Source: Geopsychrobacteraceae bacterium
Lineage (GTDB): Bacteria; Desulfobacterota; Desulfuromonadia; Desulfuromonadales; Geopsychrobacteraceae
Direction of reading: 5' to 3'
NCBI GenBank assembly: GCA_963676795.2
Contig: CAXXTB010000002.1
Location: 2,400,001-2,464,000, forward strand
Length of the DNA: 64,000 nucleotides
The notes below the pieces were generated by a model. The model made no database searches. It was not told where the DNA came from and worked only from the letters and a program-made list of their open reading frames with translations. Positions 1 through 9,728 of this stretch are shown piece by piece (positions within the stretch are counted from its first letter, which is position 1; every line of letters begins with the position of its first letter). A program made the translations under genes and the position numbers.

Positions 1-1678
1 TCATGGCCAAACGGCCCAGGTCCGGAGGCAGAGCCTCCAGGATTTTTGCCAGTCGGTCTTCCCCTTCGGGATCAACCCCAGCCCAGGCATCCGCGATGGC
101 AACAGCATCGGGATGACGCATCAGCCCTGCGGCTGAACGATAGGCAACAGGCTTGATCAAGCCCAGAAGCATCAGACTCAGCAGGGGCGACTCGATGGTC
201 GACAGCGGCTGAACCGCTTTCTTCTCGACAGTCGCCGGCCCGGACAGCGGCTCGGCCACGGGAGCATAATTCTCCTCAGTATGCAGATAGCCGTCTTCGG
301 GCAACGGATAATCATCCTCAACCGGCAGATAATAGTCCGCGACCGGCTCCGGACGCGGAGCGGCCCGCTCGGACTGTACCGGGCGCACCTGACGGACCAT
401 CAGCTTTTTCAGCAGCTCCAGCTCAATCCCACTATCAGCAGCGAGTTTTTTAAGATAGAGATCCTGCTCCAGCTCACTCGGCAAACTGCCGACAACCGCG
501 AGAATCTCTTCAGCCGCCGCAGCCCGGGCCTCGACATTCTCTTCCGTCCCGGCCAGGCAATCCTGCATGAAAACATCCATTGCCGGCCTCGCTTGTTCCA
601 GCCGCTGACGGAACGCCTCGGGCGAGCTGTTGACCAGAAAGGAGTCGGGATCATCCCCGGCCGGCAGCTCTACAACCCGGCTCGGCAGCCCTTCTTCCTG
701 CAGCGCAGCCATCGCCCTGAAGGTCGCCTGGCGACCAGCCGCATCCTGATCAAACAACAGCAACACCCGCTGCACGTAACGCTTGAGCAGCTTCGCGTGC
801 TCTGCGGTCAGCGCCGTGCCGCAGGTTGCAACGACATTGACGAATCCGGCGCGAAACAGCGCCAACTGATCGAAGTAGCCCTCGACGACCAGCACCTCGC
901 CGGCCTGGCGCATCGCCTGGCGGGCCTGAAAAAGCCCGAACAGAACAGCCGACTTATGATAGATCGGCGATTCCGGCGAATTGATATACTTCGGTTTGCT
1001 GTCATCCAGCACCCGTCCGCCAAAGGCGACCACCCGCCCGTTCAGATCGTGAATGGGGATCATCAGGCGGCCGCGAAACAGATCGTAATCGTCCCCCTGC
1101 TTGCCCGGCCGGATCAACCCCAGCTGACGGATATCCTCGGTCTTGTAACCACGTGCCAGCAACTCCGCCTTGAGCGCAGTCCAGGACTTGTCGGCAAATC
1201 CCAGCTGAAAGGTCTCCGCCGTATTGCGGCCATAACCGCGTTGCTTCAGATAGTGGCGCCCCGCCTCACCGGCCAGGGCCTCCATCAGCAGACGATGGAA
1301 ATAATCCGCCGTCGCCCGGTTGATATCAAACAGTTTGTCGCGCTGGCGCTGGCGGCGCTCCTCTTCCGGCGAGAGCTTCTGCTCTTCGATTTCAATCCCG
1401 TAGCGATCAGCCAGACGGCGCACCGCCTCAGGGAAATTCAGCCCCTCAACCTTCATCAGGAAGGAGAAGACATCGCCCCCGACGCCGCAGCCGAAACAGT
1501 GATAAAACTGGCGCGCGGCATTGACGCTGAAAGAGGGTGTCTTCTCAGAATGAAACGGACACAATCCGGAATGGTTCGCCCCCGATCGTTTCAGACTGAC
1601 GTACTGAGACACCAGCTCAACAATATCGGCTCGCTCACGGATTTCGTTTATCTTGCTGTCGGCTATCTGTCCGCTCAT
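1..1678 (-). CDS. dnaG: DNA primase (3' end runs off the window)
   Basis: Manual translation from ATG 1678: MSGQIADSKINEIRERADIVELVSQYVSLKRSGANHSGLCPFHSEKTPSF (CHC2 zinc finger), TOPRIM motif LVVEGYFD. ATGA overlap with mutS2 stop. Missing from the ORF track because there is no stop in the window. Confidence 0.97.
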   Translation of the reverse strand, partial: MSGQIADSKINEIRERADIVELVSQYVSLKRSGANHSGLCPFHSEKTPSFSVNAARQFYHCFGCGVGGDVFSFLMKVEGLNFPEAVRRLADRYGIEIEEQKLSPEEERRQRQRDKLFDINRATADYFHRLLMEALAGEAGRHYLKQRGYGRNTAETFQLGFADKSWTALKAELLARGYKTEDIRQLGLIRPGKQGDDYDLFRGRLMIPIHDLNGRVVAFGGRVLDDSKPKYINSPESPIYHKSAVLFGLFQARQAMRQAGEVLVVEGYFDQLALFRAGFVNVVATCGTALTAEHAKLLKRYVQRVLLLFDQDAAGRQATFRAMAALQEEGLPSRVVELPAGDDPDSFLVNSSPEAFRQRLEQARPAMDVFMQDCLAGTEENVEARAAAAEEILAVVGSLPSELEQDLYLKKLAADSGIELELLKKLMVRQVRPVQSERAAPRPEPVADYYLPVEDDYPLPEDGYLHTEENYAPVAEPLSGPATVEKKAVQPLSTIESPLLSLMLLGLIKPVAYRSAAGLMRHPDAVAIADAWAGVDPEGEDRLAKILEALPPDLGRLAM

Positions 1679-4047
1679 CGGCCACTCAGCTCAACGATGG
1701 TCACATTGTCTCCGCCCTGCTCGATCGGCGCGGCGTAAAAGGCCGTCACCCCCTGCTCCCGGGCCAGCTGCTCCCGGACAGCGCGGCGCAGAGCACCACC
1801 GCCGGCGCCGTGGACAATCTCGATCTGGCGCAAATTTCCCAGCCGGGCATCGTCGACGAAACGTTCCAGCAGGACAATGGCATCCTCCACCCGTTTGCCG
1901 ACCAGCATCAGCTTCATCGAGGCCTGACGTTCGGTAACGCTACGCGACAACTGCCCCTGACGCTCCCTCTGGGTCGCGAAGCGTCTTGGGCTGAACTGTT
2001 CCAGAGCTGTCAGCGGCTGCCGCATGCGCTTGCCGTTGACCAGCAGTTCAGCTTTACTGCCAGCAACCTTCTCGACCTGCGCCTCGATCCCCAAACTGAC
2101 GATCCGGACATATTCGCCCGCTTCCAGTTGAGTTGGAACGGCGGCCGACTTGCGTCCCTTCGGCTTATAGGGCTCAAGCGTCTCGCGGGCCTGGGCCAGC
2201 TGCTGCCGGTCGCCTACAGCTTCTGCCGGAGTCACCGGTCCGGAGCTGCGCTTTTTGCGCAGTTGCTTCAACCGCCCTTCGGTTTCAGCAATCAACTGTT
2301 CGGCCTGCTGCGTCGCTTTGCGCAGGATCTCCTTCTTTCTACTCTTCAGTTCCTGCAATTGCGCCTTGCGTAACTGCTGTGCCCCCTGCGCATCGATGCG
2401 CGCCCGGCGGGCCAGTTCCAGTTCCCGGTCAAGCTCCTGCTGCCGCTGATTGAGACGCGCCAGCAGATGACTCTGATCGTACTCTTCGTGACCGAGATAC
2501 TCGATCGCCCGGTCCACCACCTGCGCCGGCAGCCCCATCCTGCGCGCCGTGGTCAGGGCGCTGCTCGCTCCGGGAATGCCGTAGCGCAGCTTGTAGGTCG
2601 GCGTCAGAGTGACCGGATCGAACTCGACCGCGGCATTCTCGATTCCGGGCTGACTGTCGGCAAAATGCTTGAGCTGCCCGAGGTGTGTCGTCAACAAGGT
2701 CTTTGCCCCCTGTCGGCCCAACTGATCCAGTACGGCCTGCACCAAGGCAGCACCTTCAGCGGGATCAGTCCCCGAACCGGCCTCATCGAGCAGTACCAGG
2801 GTTTCCGCATCGGCCTCCTCAAGAATCTGACGAATCCTCACCAGGTGACCGGAAAAGGTCGAAAGGCTCTGCTCAATGCTCTGCTCATCGCCGATATCGA
2901 CATGAACATGAGCAAACAGGTGCAGTCGGCTGTCCGGATGACAGGGAACCCGCAGACCGGAACGCAGCATCAGCAATTGCAGGCCAAGGGTTTTCAGTGC
3001 CACCGATTTACCACCGGTATTCGGCCCGCTGATAACCAACGCATGGCAGTGCTCCGGCAACAGGATATCGACAGCAACCGCAGAATCCGGGTCAAACTGC
3101 CCCCCCTTCTCCATCAGCAGCGGATGACGCGCCTGTTTCAGCTCAACAGTCGTCACAGCGACCAGCTCGGGCCTGACGCCCTGATAAGCGCGGGCCAGGC
3201 GGGCACTGGCAAAGCGCAGATCCAGCTGGGCGGTGAGTTCCTGATTGACAGTCAGCACACCCCGGTCGCGGCGGACCAGATCGGAGAGCTGCAGAAGAAT
3301 CCGTCGTTCCTCACGCTGCTCATCCCTCAGCAGCTGCTGAAGCCGGTTGTTGCTATCAAAGACCTGAGCCGGTTCGACGTAAAGCGTCTGACCACTGGCC
3401 GACTCATCAAGCACATAACCTTTCAGCTGGCCACGATGGTCGCTCTTGACCGGCACCACATAGCGCCCGTTACGCATCGTCACCAGGCGTTCCTGAAAAC
3501 AGGCCGCATACTGTTCCGAGGCCAGCAGCTGTTCAAGCTGCTGCTTGATCCGGCTGCGCAGCTGACGGATCTGGTAGCGGATATCACCGAGCTCGAACGA
3601 GGCGCTGTCGAGCAGTTCACCACGACTGCCGATCGAATCCTGCAGGCGTCTGCGCAACTCGCTGAGCGGCTCAAGCCGTTCGGCCTGTCCGCACAACAGC
3701 GGAGAATTTTCACGCCCACGAAACCAGCTCCGGCAGCTGTCATAGACCAGCAGAGAGTCAAGAATCTTCATCAGCTCATCGGCAGCAATCAGACTGCCAG
3801 CGGCCTGAGCCTTGGCCAGCACGGACTTCAGGTCGCAGGCCCCGCCAAAAGCAGGGGACTCACCGTCGCTGAGCAGCGCAGCTGCCTCGTCCAGCTGATC
3901 CAGAACCGTATCAATACGGGTCTGATCACTCATAGGCCTCAGCTCGCTGGCCTTTTTGCGTCCCGGTTCGGACTGGGTCTGCCCCGCCAGCAGGCGAGTC
4001 AGAGCTGGATATTCAAGCCTCTGCAGAGCGACTTCGGAACAAACCAT
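1675..4047 (-). CDS. mutS2: Endonuclease MutS2
   Basis: Walker A ISGPNTGGKS, DIGDEQSIEQSLSTFS, LLDEAGSGTDP, C-terminal Smr domain IVHGAGGGALR. Confidence 0.95.
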   Translation of the reverse strand: MVCSEVALQRLEYPALTRLLAGQTQSEPGRKKASELRPMSDQTRIDTVLDQLDEAAALLSDGESPAFGGACDLKSVLAKAQAAGSLIAADELMKILDSLLVYDSCRSWFRGRENSPLLCGQAERLEPLSELRRRLQDSIGSRGELLDSASFELGDIRYQIRQLRSRIKQQLEQLLASEQYAACFQERLVTMRNGRYVVPVKSDHRGQLKGYVLDESASGQTLYVEPAQVFDSNNRLQQLLRDEQREERRILLQLSDLVRRDRGVLTVNQELTAQLDLRFASARLARAYQGVRPELVAVTTVELKQARHPLLMEKGGQFDPDSAVAVDILLPEHCHALVISGPNTGGKSVALKTLGLQLLMLRSGLRVPCHPDSRLHLFAHVHVDIGDEQSIEQSLSTFSGHLVRIRQILEEADAETLVLLDEAGSGTDPAEGAALVQAVLDQLGRQGAKTLLTTHLGQLKHFADSQPGIENAAVEFDPVTLTPTYKLRYGIPGASSALTTARRMGLPAQVVDRAIEYLGHEEYDQSHLLARLNQRQQELDRELELARRARIDAQGAQQLRKAQLQELKSRKKEILRKATQQAEQLIAETEGRLKQLRKKRSSGPVTPAEAVGDRQQLAQARETLEPYKPKGRKSAAVPTQLEAGEYVRIVSLGIEAQVEKVAGSKAELLVNGKRMRQPLTALEQFSPRRFATQRERQGQLSRSVTERQASMKLMLVGKRVEDAIVLLERFVDDARLGNLRQIEIVHGAGGGALRRAVREQLAREQGVTAFYAAPIEQGGDNVTIVELSGR

Positions 4048-4052
4048 CTCCG

Positions 4053-4538
4053 TCAGCGCCCGATTCCGCCTCGTCCGGCATCAAAAGCGGCCCGCCCCAG
4101 AGAGACAAAGGGAGGGGCCAGCTGCGACCCGGAGACAAACGACCGACTCCATTTGGGAGCCAGGCTCGAGGACAGGACCAGCAGCAGGATGGAAACGATG
4201 ACAACCCCCTGCACAATGCCAAAGATAGCCCCGGCCAGACGATTGAAACCGCCAAGAAAAATCAGCTTGACGAAGCGATTCAGAACAAAACCGACAACGC
4301 CAAAAAGAAAGATAACCAGCAGGAAAATGACCAGAAAGCTCCCCCAGGCAGACAGTCTGGCAGGCAGCCCGTACGACGCCTGAAGCCACTCGGCAGCAGG
4401 CTGATTAAAGGTAAAGGCAAAAAGCCCCCCCAGAACCAGACCGAGCAGCGAACAAACCTCCCTGAGCAGTCCTCGCCAGATCCCCTTGATCAAAAAAATG
4501 GCAAGTATGGCCAGTATTCCAATATCAACAAACGCCAT
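4053..4538 (-). CDS. cvpA: CvpA family membrane protein
   Basis: Hydrophobic, GIWRGLLRE and FNRLAGAIFG motifs, usual neighbour of mutS2. Confidence 0.9.
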   Translation of the reverse strand: MAFVDIGILAILAIFLIKGIWRGLLREVCSLLGLVLGGLFAFTFNQPAAEWLQASYGLPARLSAWGSFLVIFLLVIFLFGVVGFVLNRFVKLIFLGGFNRLAGAIFGIVQGVVIVSILLLVLSSSLAPKWSRSFVSGSQLAPPFVSLGRAAFDAGRGGIGR

Positions 4539-4555
4539 AACAGCTTGATGGCCGA

Positions 4556-4999
4556 TTACGCCAGTGACTCCCGAACGATCTGATTGACCAGCTTGCCGTC
4601 AGCGGCACCCTTGGTGCGGGCCATGACCTGAGGCATAACCTTGCCCATATCCTTGGCCGAAGTTGCGCCGACCTCGGCAATGACAGCAGCAACGATATCA
4701 CGCAGCTCGGCTTCGCTGAGCTGGGCCGGCTGATAACCCTGCAGGACTTCAAGCTCAGCCTCCTCCTTGGCAGCCAGCTCCGGGCGATCATTATCCCGGT
4801 ACATCTGGGCTGCTTCGCGCCGCTGCTTGACCAGGGTACTGATAACGGCGACGACAGCATCATCATCGAGCTCCTTACCCAGCTCGATCTCCTTGTTTTT
4901 AATTGCACTTCTGAGTTGACGGATGGTGCCGAGACGCTCAGTCTGCTTGGCCTTCATCGCCTCTTTCATATCGTTATTGAGCTGATCTTTGAGACTCAT
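4556..4999 (-). CDS. GatB/YqeY domain protein
   Basis: MSLKDQLNNDMKEAMKAK...KDMGKVM...ADGKLVNQIVR. AAGGA RBS before ATG 4999. Confidence 0.93.
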   Translation of the reverse strand: MSLKDQLNNDMKEAMKAKQTERLGTIRQLRSAIKNKEIELGKELDDDAVVAVISTLVKQRREAAQMYRDNDRPELAAKEEAELEVLQGYQPAQLSEAELRDIVAAVIAEVGATSAKDMGKVMPQVMARTKGAADGKLVNQIVRESLA

Positions 5000-5118
5000 G
5001 GACTGTCCTTGAGTTGAGAATTTAGAACGCAAAGAAGGTGCCGGGTCTTATCCCCCGCACCTGATAACCGGCTGCAAACGGATGTCCCGCGTACGACATC
5101 CGATCAAAAGAATTTTGA

Positions 5119-5147
5119 AGTATATAGAGAGAGGCTCGTTAGGGCAA
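5119..5147 (-). promoter_or_regulatory. Sigma70-type promoter for the yqeY-cvpA-mutS2-dnaG operon
   Basis: Minus strand TTGCCC-N17-TATACT. Confidence 0.6.
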
Positions 5148-5170
5148 GAACTTTTCTCGCTCCTTTTTTC

Positions 5171-5521
5171 CTATTCGAACAGAGCAGGAACAGCGCAGAT
5201 CATTCTCAGGACCTGGGTTTCCGACAGGTTTCGGTACTGGTGCTTTTCATGTGGCTTGACCAGAGCGAATTCTCCACAACCGACGGGATGATGGTTTCCA
5301 TCCGCATCGACCAGAGTGGCCTCCCCCTCGATCACATAGTTGAGATGTTCCGACTCATGGCTGTGATATGGGGTATGGCCGCCCGGCTCTACACTGAACA
5401 CCCGGAAGGAAAAGTTCGGGACACCATCGGCCTTCCCCAGCGGAACCTGACGGGTCACCCCTGAGGCACCCTCAACGATAACGGAAGCCGCTTTCACATC
5501 CTGCAATGAGACCACTTTCAT
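5171..5521 (-). CDS. Cupin domain protein
   Basis: PGGHTPYHSHESEHLNYVIEGE and PHEKHQY cupin motifs. Confidence 0.9.
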   Translation of the reverse strand: MKVVSLQDVKAASVIVEGASGVTRQVPLGKADGVPNFSFRVFSVEPGGHTPYHSHESEHLNYVIEGEATLVDADGNHHPVGCGEFALVKPHEKHQYRNLSETQVLRMICAVPALFE

Positions 5522-5738
5522 TATTAAATTCTCCGATAAAATATATTCAACAAATCAAATACCTTCAACAAACACATAAATTTATTGTACAATTGACAGG
5601 GCTCTCAACAGAGAACCGACGAACTGCCACATTACAATAAAATTTTCGGCCGATAAATCTTCTCCTTTCGGCCTTCTGTCAATTTTCGAACAGAAAGCAT
5701 TTGCAAGTCAACAACCCGTAGCGAAGGAGGATGATTCT

Positions 5739-6812
5739 ATGAATCCCGCCCAACTTATTCCTGCGGCAGACGCCATCCCTACGCACTGGGGATGGTTCTA
5801 CCTGCTCCTGATTGTCACCTTTCTGCTCCACATCCTGGTCATGAATGCCATGCTCGGCGGTGGTATCATCGCCCTGATAGGCAGCCTGAAAGGTGGCGAG
5901 CAAAACCAGCTGGTCTGTCGCGAGTTCAGCTACAAATGGCCCTACACCATAGCCTTTGCCGTCAATATGGGGGTCGCGCCGCTGCTCTTTGTCCAGGTTC
6001 TCTACGGACATTTCATCTACAGCAGCTCGATCTTGATGGCCGTCTGGTGGTTTTCCATCATCGCCCTGCTGATCCTCGCCTACTATGCCGCCTACATCTA
6101 TGACTTCAAATTTGAAAAGCTTGGCGGACTGCGTATCTTCATCCTGGAGGTTGCCGTCCTGTTCATGCTGATCATCGCCTTCTTCTTCACCAATAACATG
6201 ACGCTGATGCTCGAGCCGGAGAAATGGCTGGCCTACTTCAGTGGCTCAAGCGGCACCATTCTTAACCTGAGCGATGCCAGCCTGATCCCCCGCTACCTGC
6301 ACTTCGTTGTCGGCTCGGTGGCAATCGCCGGACTCTACCTGGCCCTGATCGGCCATTTCAAGCTGACCAAAAGTACGGTCAGCAAGGAGCAGCTGGTCAG
6401 CACCGGGCTGAGATATTTCAGCTGGGCAACCGTTCTGCAGATTCTGCTCGGCATCTGGTTCCTGCTCGCCCTGCCGCAAGAGGTCATGCTGGTCTTCATG
6501 GGACGCAGCGGCTACGGTACGGCACTGCTGATCATCGGGATTGTCCTTGCTCTGCTCGCCCTGCATCAGAGCTACAAGGGCAAACTTGTCCCGACGGTTA
6601 TCAGTTCCCTGATCCTGCTGATCGTCATGATCCTGATGCGTGACCTGGTTCGGGTGGCCTACCTCAAGCCTTACTTCAGCGTGGGCGATCTGGCGGTCAG
6701 GCCGGAATATTCACCGCTGATTTTCTTCCTTGTGGTCTTTATCATCGGGCTGGCCCTGATCGGCTACATGCTTAAACTTGTCTTCAAATGCCGTAAGGAG
6801 GTTGCAAAATGA
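5739..6812 (+). CDS. Polytopic membrane protein, CydA-paralogous partner subunit of a cytochrome bd-like oxidoreductase
   Basis: About 9 hydrophobic segments with intramembrane His (LLHILVMN, YLHFVVG). AAGGAGG RBS. Overlaps the next gene. Confidence 0.7.
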   Translation: MNPAQLIPAADAIPTHWGWFYLLLIVTFLLHILVMNAMLGGGIIALIGSLKGGEQNQLVCREFSYKWPYTIAFAVNMGVAPLLFVQVLYGHFIYSSSILMAVWWFSIIALLILAYYAAYIYDFKFEKLGGLRIFILEVAVLFMLIIAFFFTNNMTLMLEPEKWLAYFSGSSGTILNLSDASLIPRYLHFVVGSVAIAGLYLALIGHFKLTKSTVSKEQLVSTGLRYFSWATVLQILLGIWFLLALPQEVMLVFMGRSGYGTALLIIGIVLALLALHQSYKGKLVPTVISSLILLIVMILMRDLVRVAYLKPYFSVGDLAVRPEYSPLIFFLVVFIIGLALIGYMLKLVFKCRKEVAK

Positions 6813-8158
6813 ACTATCCGATCTGGAACCTGACAACCTACGGCGGCGGTTTTCTGATCGCCCTGGTGGCTATCGTCCACGTCCTGGTCTCCCACTTCGC
6901 CGTCGGCGGCGGAGCATTCCTGGTCCTGCTGGAAAGCAGGGCCTACAAACATGACGATCAGGATCTGCTCCAGTATGTCAAAAAACACAGCAAGTTTTTC
7001 CTGCTGGTGACCATGGTCTTCGGTGGCCTGACCGGCGTCGGCATCTGGTGGACCATCGCCCTGCTCAACCCGGCAGCGACCTCGAGCCTGATCCACATCT
7101 TCGTCTTCGGCTGGGCTGCGGAATGGGTCTTCTTCGTCGGCGAGATCGTCGCCCTGTTCATCTATTTCTACACCTTCGGCCGCATGAACCGCAAAGACCA
7201 CATGATCATCGGCTGGATCTACTTTATCTGTGCCTGGATGTCGCTGTTTCTTATCAACGGCATCATCGACTTCATGCTCACCCCCGGCGCCTGGCTCGAG
7301 AATCAGTGGTTCTGGTCCGGCTTCTTCAATCCGACCTTCTGGCCATCGCTGGTGTTCCGCACTGGTCTGTCACTGCTCCTGTGCGGCGTCTTCGGCTTCA
7401 TCACCGCAGCGTTTCTGAAGAAAGACATCCTGCGTCAGCGAATTATGAAGATCTGTGCCATCTGGGTTGCTGTCCCCTTCGTTCTGATGCTGCTCGGCGG
7501 CTGGTGGTACATGGCTGCGCTTCCTGAAGCACAGAGCCTGATGATCTTCGAAAAATCTCCGGAACTTGGCAAATACCTGGCATCGACCTACTGGCTGCTG
7601 CCGGTCCTGTTCATCGCCTCGATGGTCATGATGTTGAAACTGCCCCAAGGGTTCCAGAAGATCTTCTGCTTTGTCATCCTGCTCATCGCCCTTTCCTACT
7701 TCGGTTCCTTTGAGTTTGTCCGCGAAGGCGGCCGCCGCCCCTATGTCATCCACAGCCACATGTACGCCAACCAGATCTATGTCAAGGATCTGCCGGAGAT
7801 TCAGCAGGCCGGCTTCCTGGCCACGGCAAAATGGGTTGAGCATAACAACATCACCGATGACAACCTGCTCGCGGTCGGCCAGGAGCTGTTCAAATTCCAG
7901 TGCAGCGCCTGCCATTCCATCGGCGGACCGCTCAACGACATCCGTCCATTGGCCGCCAAATATGACAGCACCTTTGGCATGGATGCCAAACTCAACGGTC
8001 TGGGCAAGATGAACAACTACATGCCGCCCTTTGCCGGAACCCGTGAGGAACGCTGGGCTCTGGCTAACTATATCGTCCATGGAGCGGATATTCGCCCGGC
8101 CAGAAACATAACAGCTCAAGGCACTGATCAGCGGGCCACAGGCCACCAGGAGGAATGA
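6809..8158 (+). CDS. Cytochrome bd subunit I (CydA)-like protein with C-terminal monoheme cytochrome c
   Basis: AIVHVLVSHFAVGGG, GGLTGVGIW, WAAEWVFF, EFVREGGRRPYVI, then CSACH with a distal MPPF. Confidence 0.85.
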   Translation: MNYPIWNLTTYGGGFLIALVAIVHVLVSHFAVGGGAFLVLLESRAYKHDDQDLLQYVKKHSKFFLLVTMVFGGLTGVGIWWTIALLNPAATSSLIHIFVFGWAAEWVFFVGEIVALFIYFYTFGRMNRKDHMIIGWIYFICAWMSLFLINGIIDFMLTPGAWLENQWFWSGFFNPTFWPSLVFRTGLSLLLCGVFGFITAAFLKKDILRQRIMKICAIWVAVPFVLMLLGGWWYMAALPEAQSLMIFEKSPELGKYLASTYWLLPVLFIASMVMMLKLPQGFQKIFCFVILLIALSYFGSFEFVREGGRRPYVIHSHMYANQIYVKDLPEIQQAGFLATAKWVEHNNITDDNLLAVGQELFKFQCSACHSIGGPLNDIRPLAAKYDSTFGMDAKLNGLGKMNNYMPPFAGTREERWALANYIVHGADIRPARNITAQGTDQRATGHQEE

Positions 8159-8160
8159 TC

Positions 8161-9633
8161 ATGAACAAGAGAAACCGATTCATCAAGACGACCCTGAGCC
8201 TGATCGCCTGCAGTCTGCTGCTGATATCCTTCAGCCAACCACTACAGGCCGGCGAACCGGCACCTCTCGATAAGGTTGACGGCATGAATATGGGCAACCC
8301 GCTTGTTCCGGCCAGAAAATTGCCGCTGGAGATCCCGACCTTCGACAAGGACAAGGATGAATATGTTCTGCTCTCCTGGAACAACCTCGGCATGCACTGT
8401 ATCTCGGACAGCGATCCCTACTGGATCCTGCTGCCGCCGGCCAACGACATCTTCGCCCAGCTGGTCAAGCGCGGTGATCCGCCAGAGATTATCACCGAAG
8501 GAGTCGAAATCAGCTATGCCGTCGAAAAAGGGTTCGAACATCCGGAAAAACATGTACGTTTCTGGGAGTTTGCCGACAAACTGCTCGGTGCCGACCTGAA
8601 GCCGGGCGTCGGCGTTGGCGGCCTTAAGGTCAACGGCATCATGAAACTGGAAGAGGAGCACCGGGCCTTCGCCGCTCCATTTATCCCGGTTGTTCCTTAT
8701 ATGGATGACGGCAGCTACAACCCCTACCCGGTCTTTACCATCACAGCCAGAGACAAGAAGACTGGTAAGATCCTCGCCCAGACCAAGACAGTGGCACCGA
8801 CCTCCACCGAGATGGGCTGCAAGAACTGCCACGGCGGTGGCTGGCGGGTTGAGGGCGTCGCCGGCTTTACCGATGCCACCAGTCTCGACGTTCTGGTCGC
8901 CCACGACAAAAACAGCGGCACCGATCTGGTCGAAAAAGCCAAGAACGGTCAGCCGATGCTCTGCCAGTCCTGTCACGCCGATCCGGTGCTCGGCACCAAG
9001 GGCAACCCGGAACTGCTCAGCTTCCCGGCCGCCCTGCACGGCTGGCACGCCAACTTCCTGACCGAGCGCGAAGGGATGCAGGCCTGCGTCGCCTGTCACC
9101 CGTCACGTCCCGACGGACCGACCCAGTGTTTCCGCAGCCATCACTCCGACATGATGGACTGCACCAACTGCCACGGCACCATGGAGGACCATGCCCTCTC
9201 GCTGCTGAAGAAAGAGCTGGAGTCCGGGAAAAAAGGCGCAGCCCGTCTGATGGAGAGGCTCAAACCGCGCACCGTTGCGACGCTTGAAGAGATCAACCCA
9301 CGTACAGCATGGCTGAACGAACCGGACTGCCTCAACTGCCACAAAGACTTCGAGATGGGCTCAACCATGGATGCCTTCAACACCTGGACCGCAGGACCGG
9401 AAGAGCTCTACCGCATGCGCCATGACCAGATGGGCGCGATGATGTGCGAGGCCTGCCACGGCAGCACCCACGCCGTCTATCCGGCCACCAAGAACAAATA
9501 CGGCCAGAACCGCGACAGCATCCAGCCGCTGCAGTACCAGGGGAACGATCGCCCGATCGGCAATGACTGTACCGTCTGCCACAAGGTTCAGCCTGAGTTT
9601 GAAGGCCACCATCCGAATTCGCTCAGACGTTAG
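8161..9633 (+). CDS. Periplasmic multiheme cytochrome c (7 CxxCH)
   Basis: Signal peptide, then CKNCH, CQSCH, CVACH, CTNCH, CLNCH, CEACH, CTVCH. Alternative start 8155. Confidence 0.92.
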   Translation: MNKRNRFIKTTLSLIACSLLLISFSQPLQAGEPAPLDKVDGMNMGNPLVPARKLPLEIPTFDKDKDEYVLLSWNNLGMHCISDSDPYWILLPPANDIFAQLVKRGDPPEIITEGVEISYAVEKGFEHPEKHVRFWEFADKLLGADLKPGVGVGGLKVNGIMKLEEEHRAFAAPFIPVVPYMDDGSYNPYPVFTITARDKKTGKILAQTKTVAPTSTEMGCKNCHGGGWRVEGVAGFTDATSLDVLVAHDKNSGTDLVEKAKNGQPMLCQSCHADPVLGTKGNPELLSFPAALHGWHANFLTEREGMQACVACHPSRPDGPTQCFRSHHSDMMDCTNCHGTMEDHALSLLKKELESGKKGAARLMERLKPRTVATLEEINPRTAWLNEPDCLNCHKDFEMGSTMDAFNTWTAGPEELYRMRHDQMGAMMCEACHGSTHAVYPATKNKYGQNRDSIQPLQYQGNDRPIGNDCTVCHKVQPEFEGHHPNSLRR

Positions 9634-9657
9634 AGATTTCTCCCCAAAATGGCCTAG

Positions 9658-9694
9658 AAAAAAGCGCCCGTCAGAATAGTTGTGACGGGCGCTT
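9658..9694. terminator. Intrinsic terminator between convergent operons
   Basis: AAGCGCCCGTCA-N9-TGACGGGCGCTT with an A-tract on the left (U-tract for the minus strand). Confidence 0.75.
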
Positions 9695-9728
9695 GCGTTA
9701 TGGTTGAAAACTTAAGACCTTTCGCAGG

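Noticed and set aside
281..4383. Long plus-strand ORFs of 485 and 638 aa
   Set aside because: Antisense shadows of dnaG and mutS2, with no recognisable motifs
5022..5099. 25-codon minus-strand uORF (MSYAGHPF...FFAF) in the yqeY leader
   Set aside because: No RBS and no telling residue run, so likely chance
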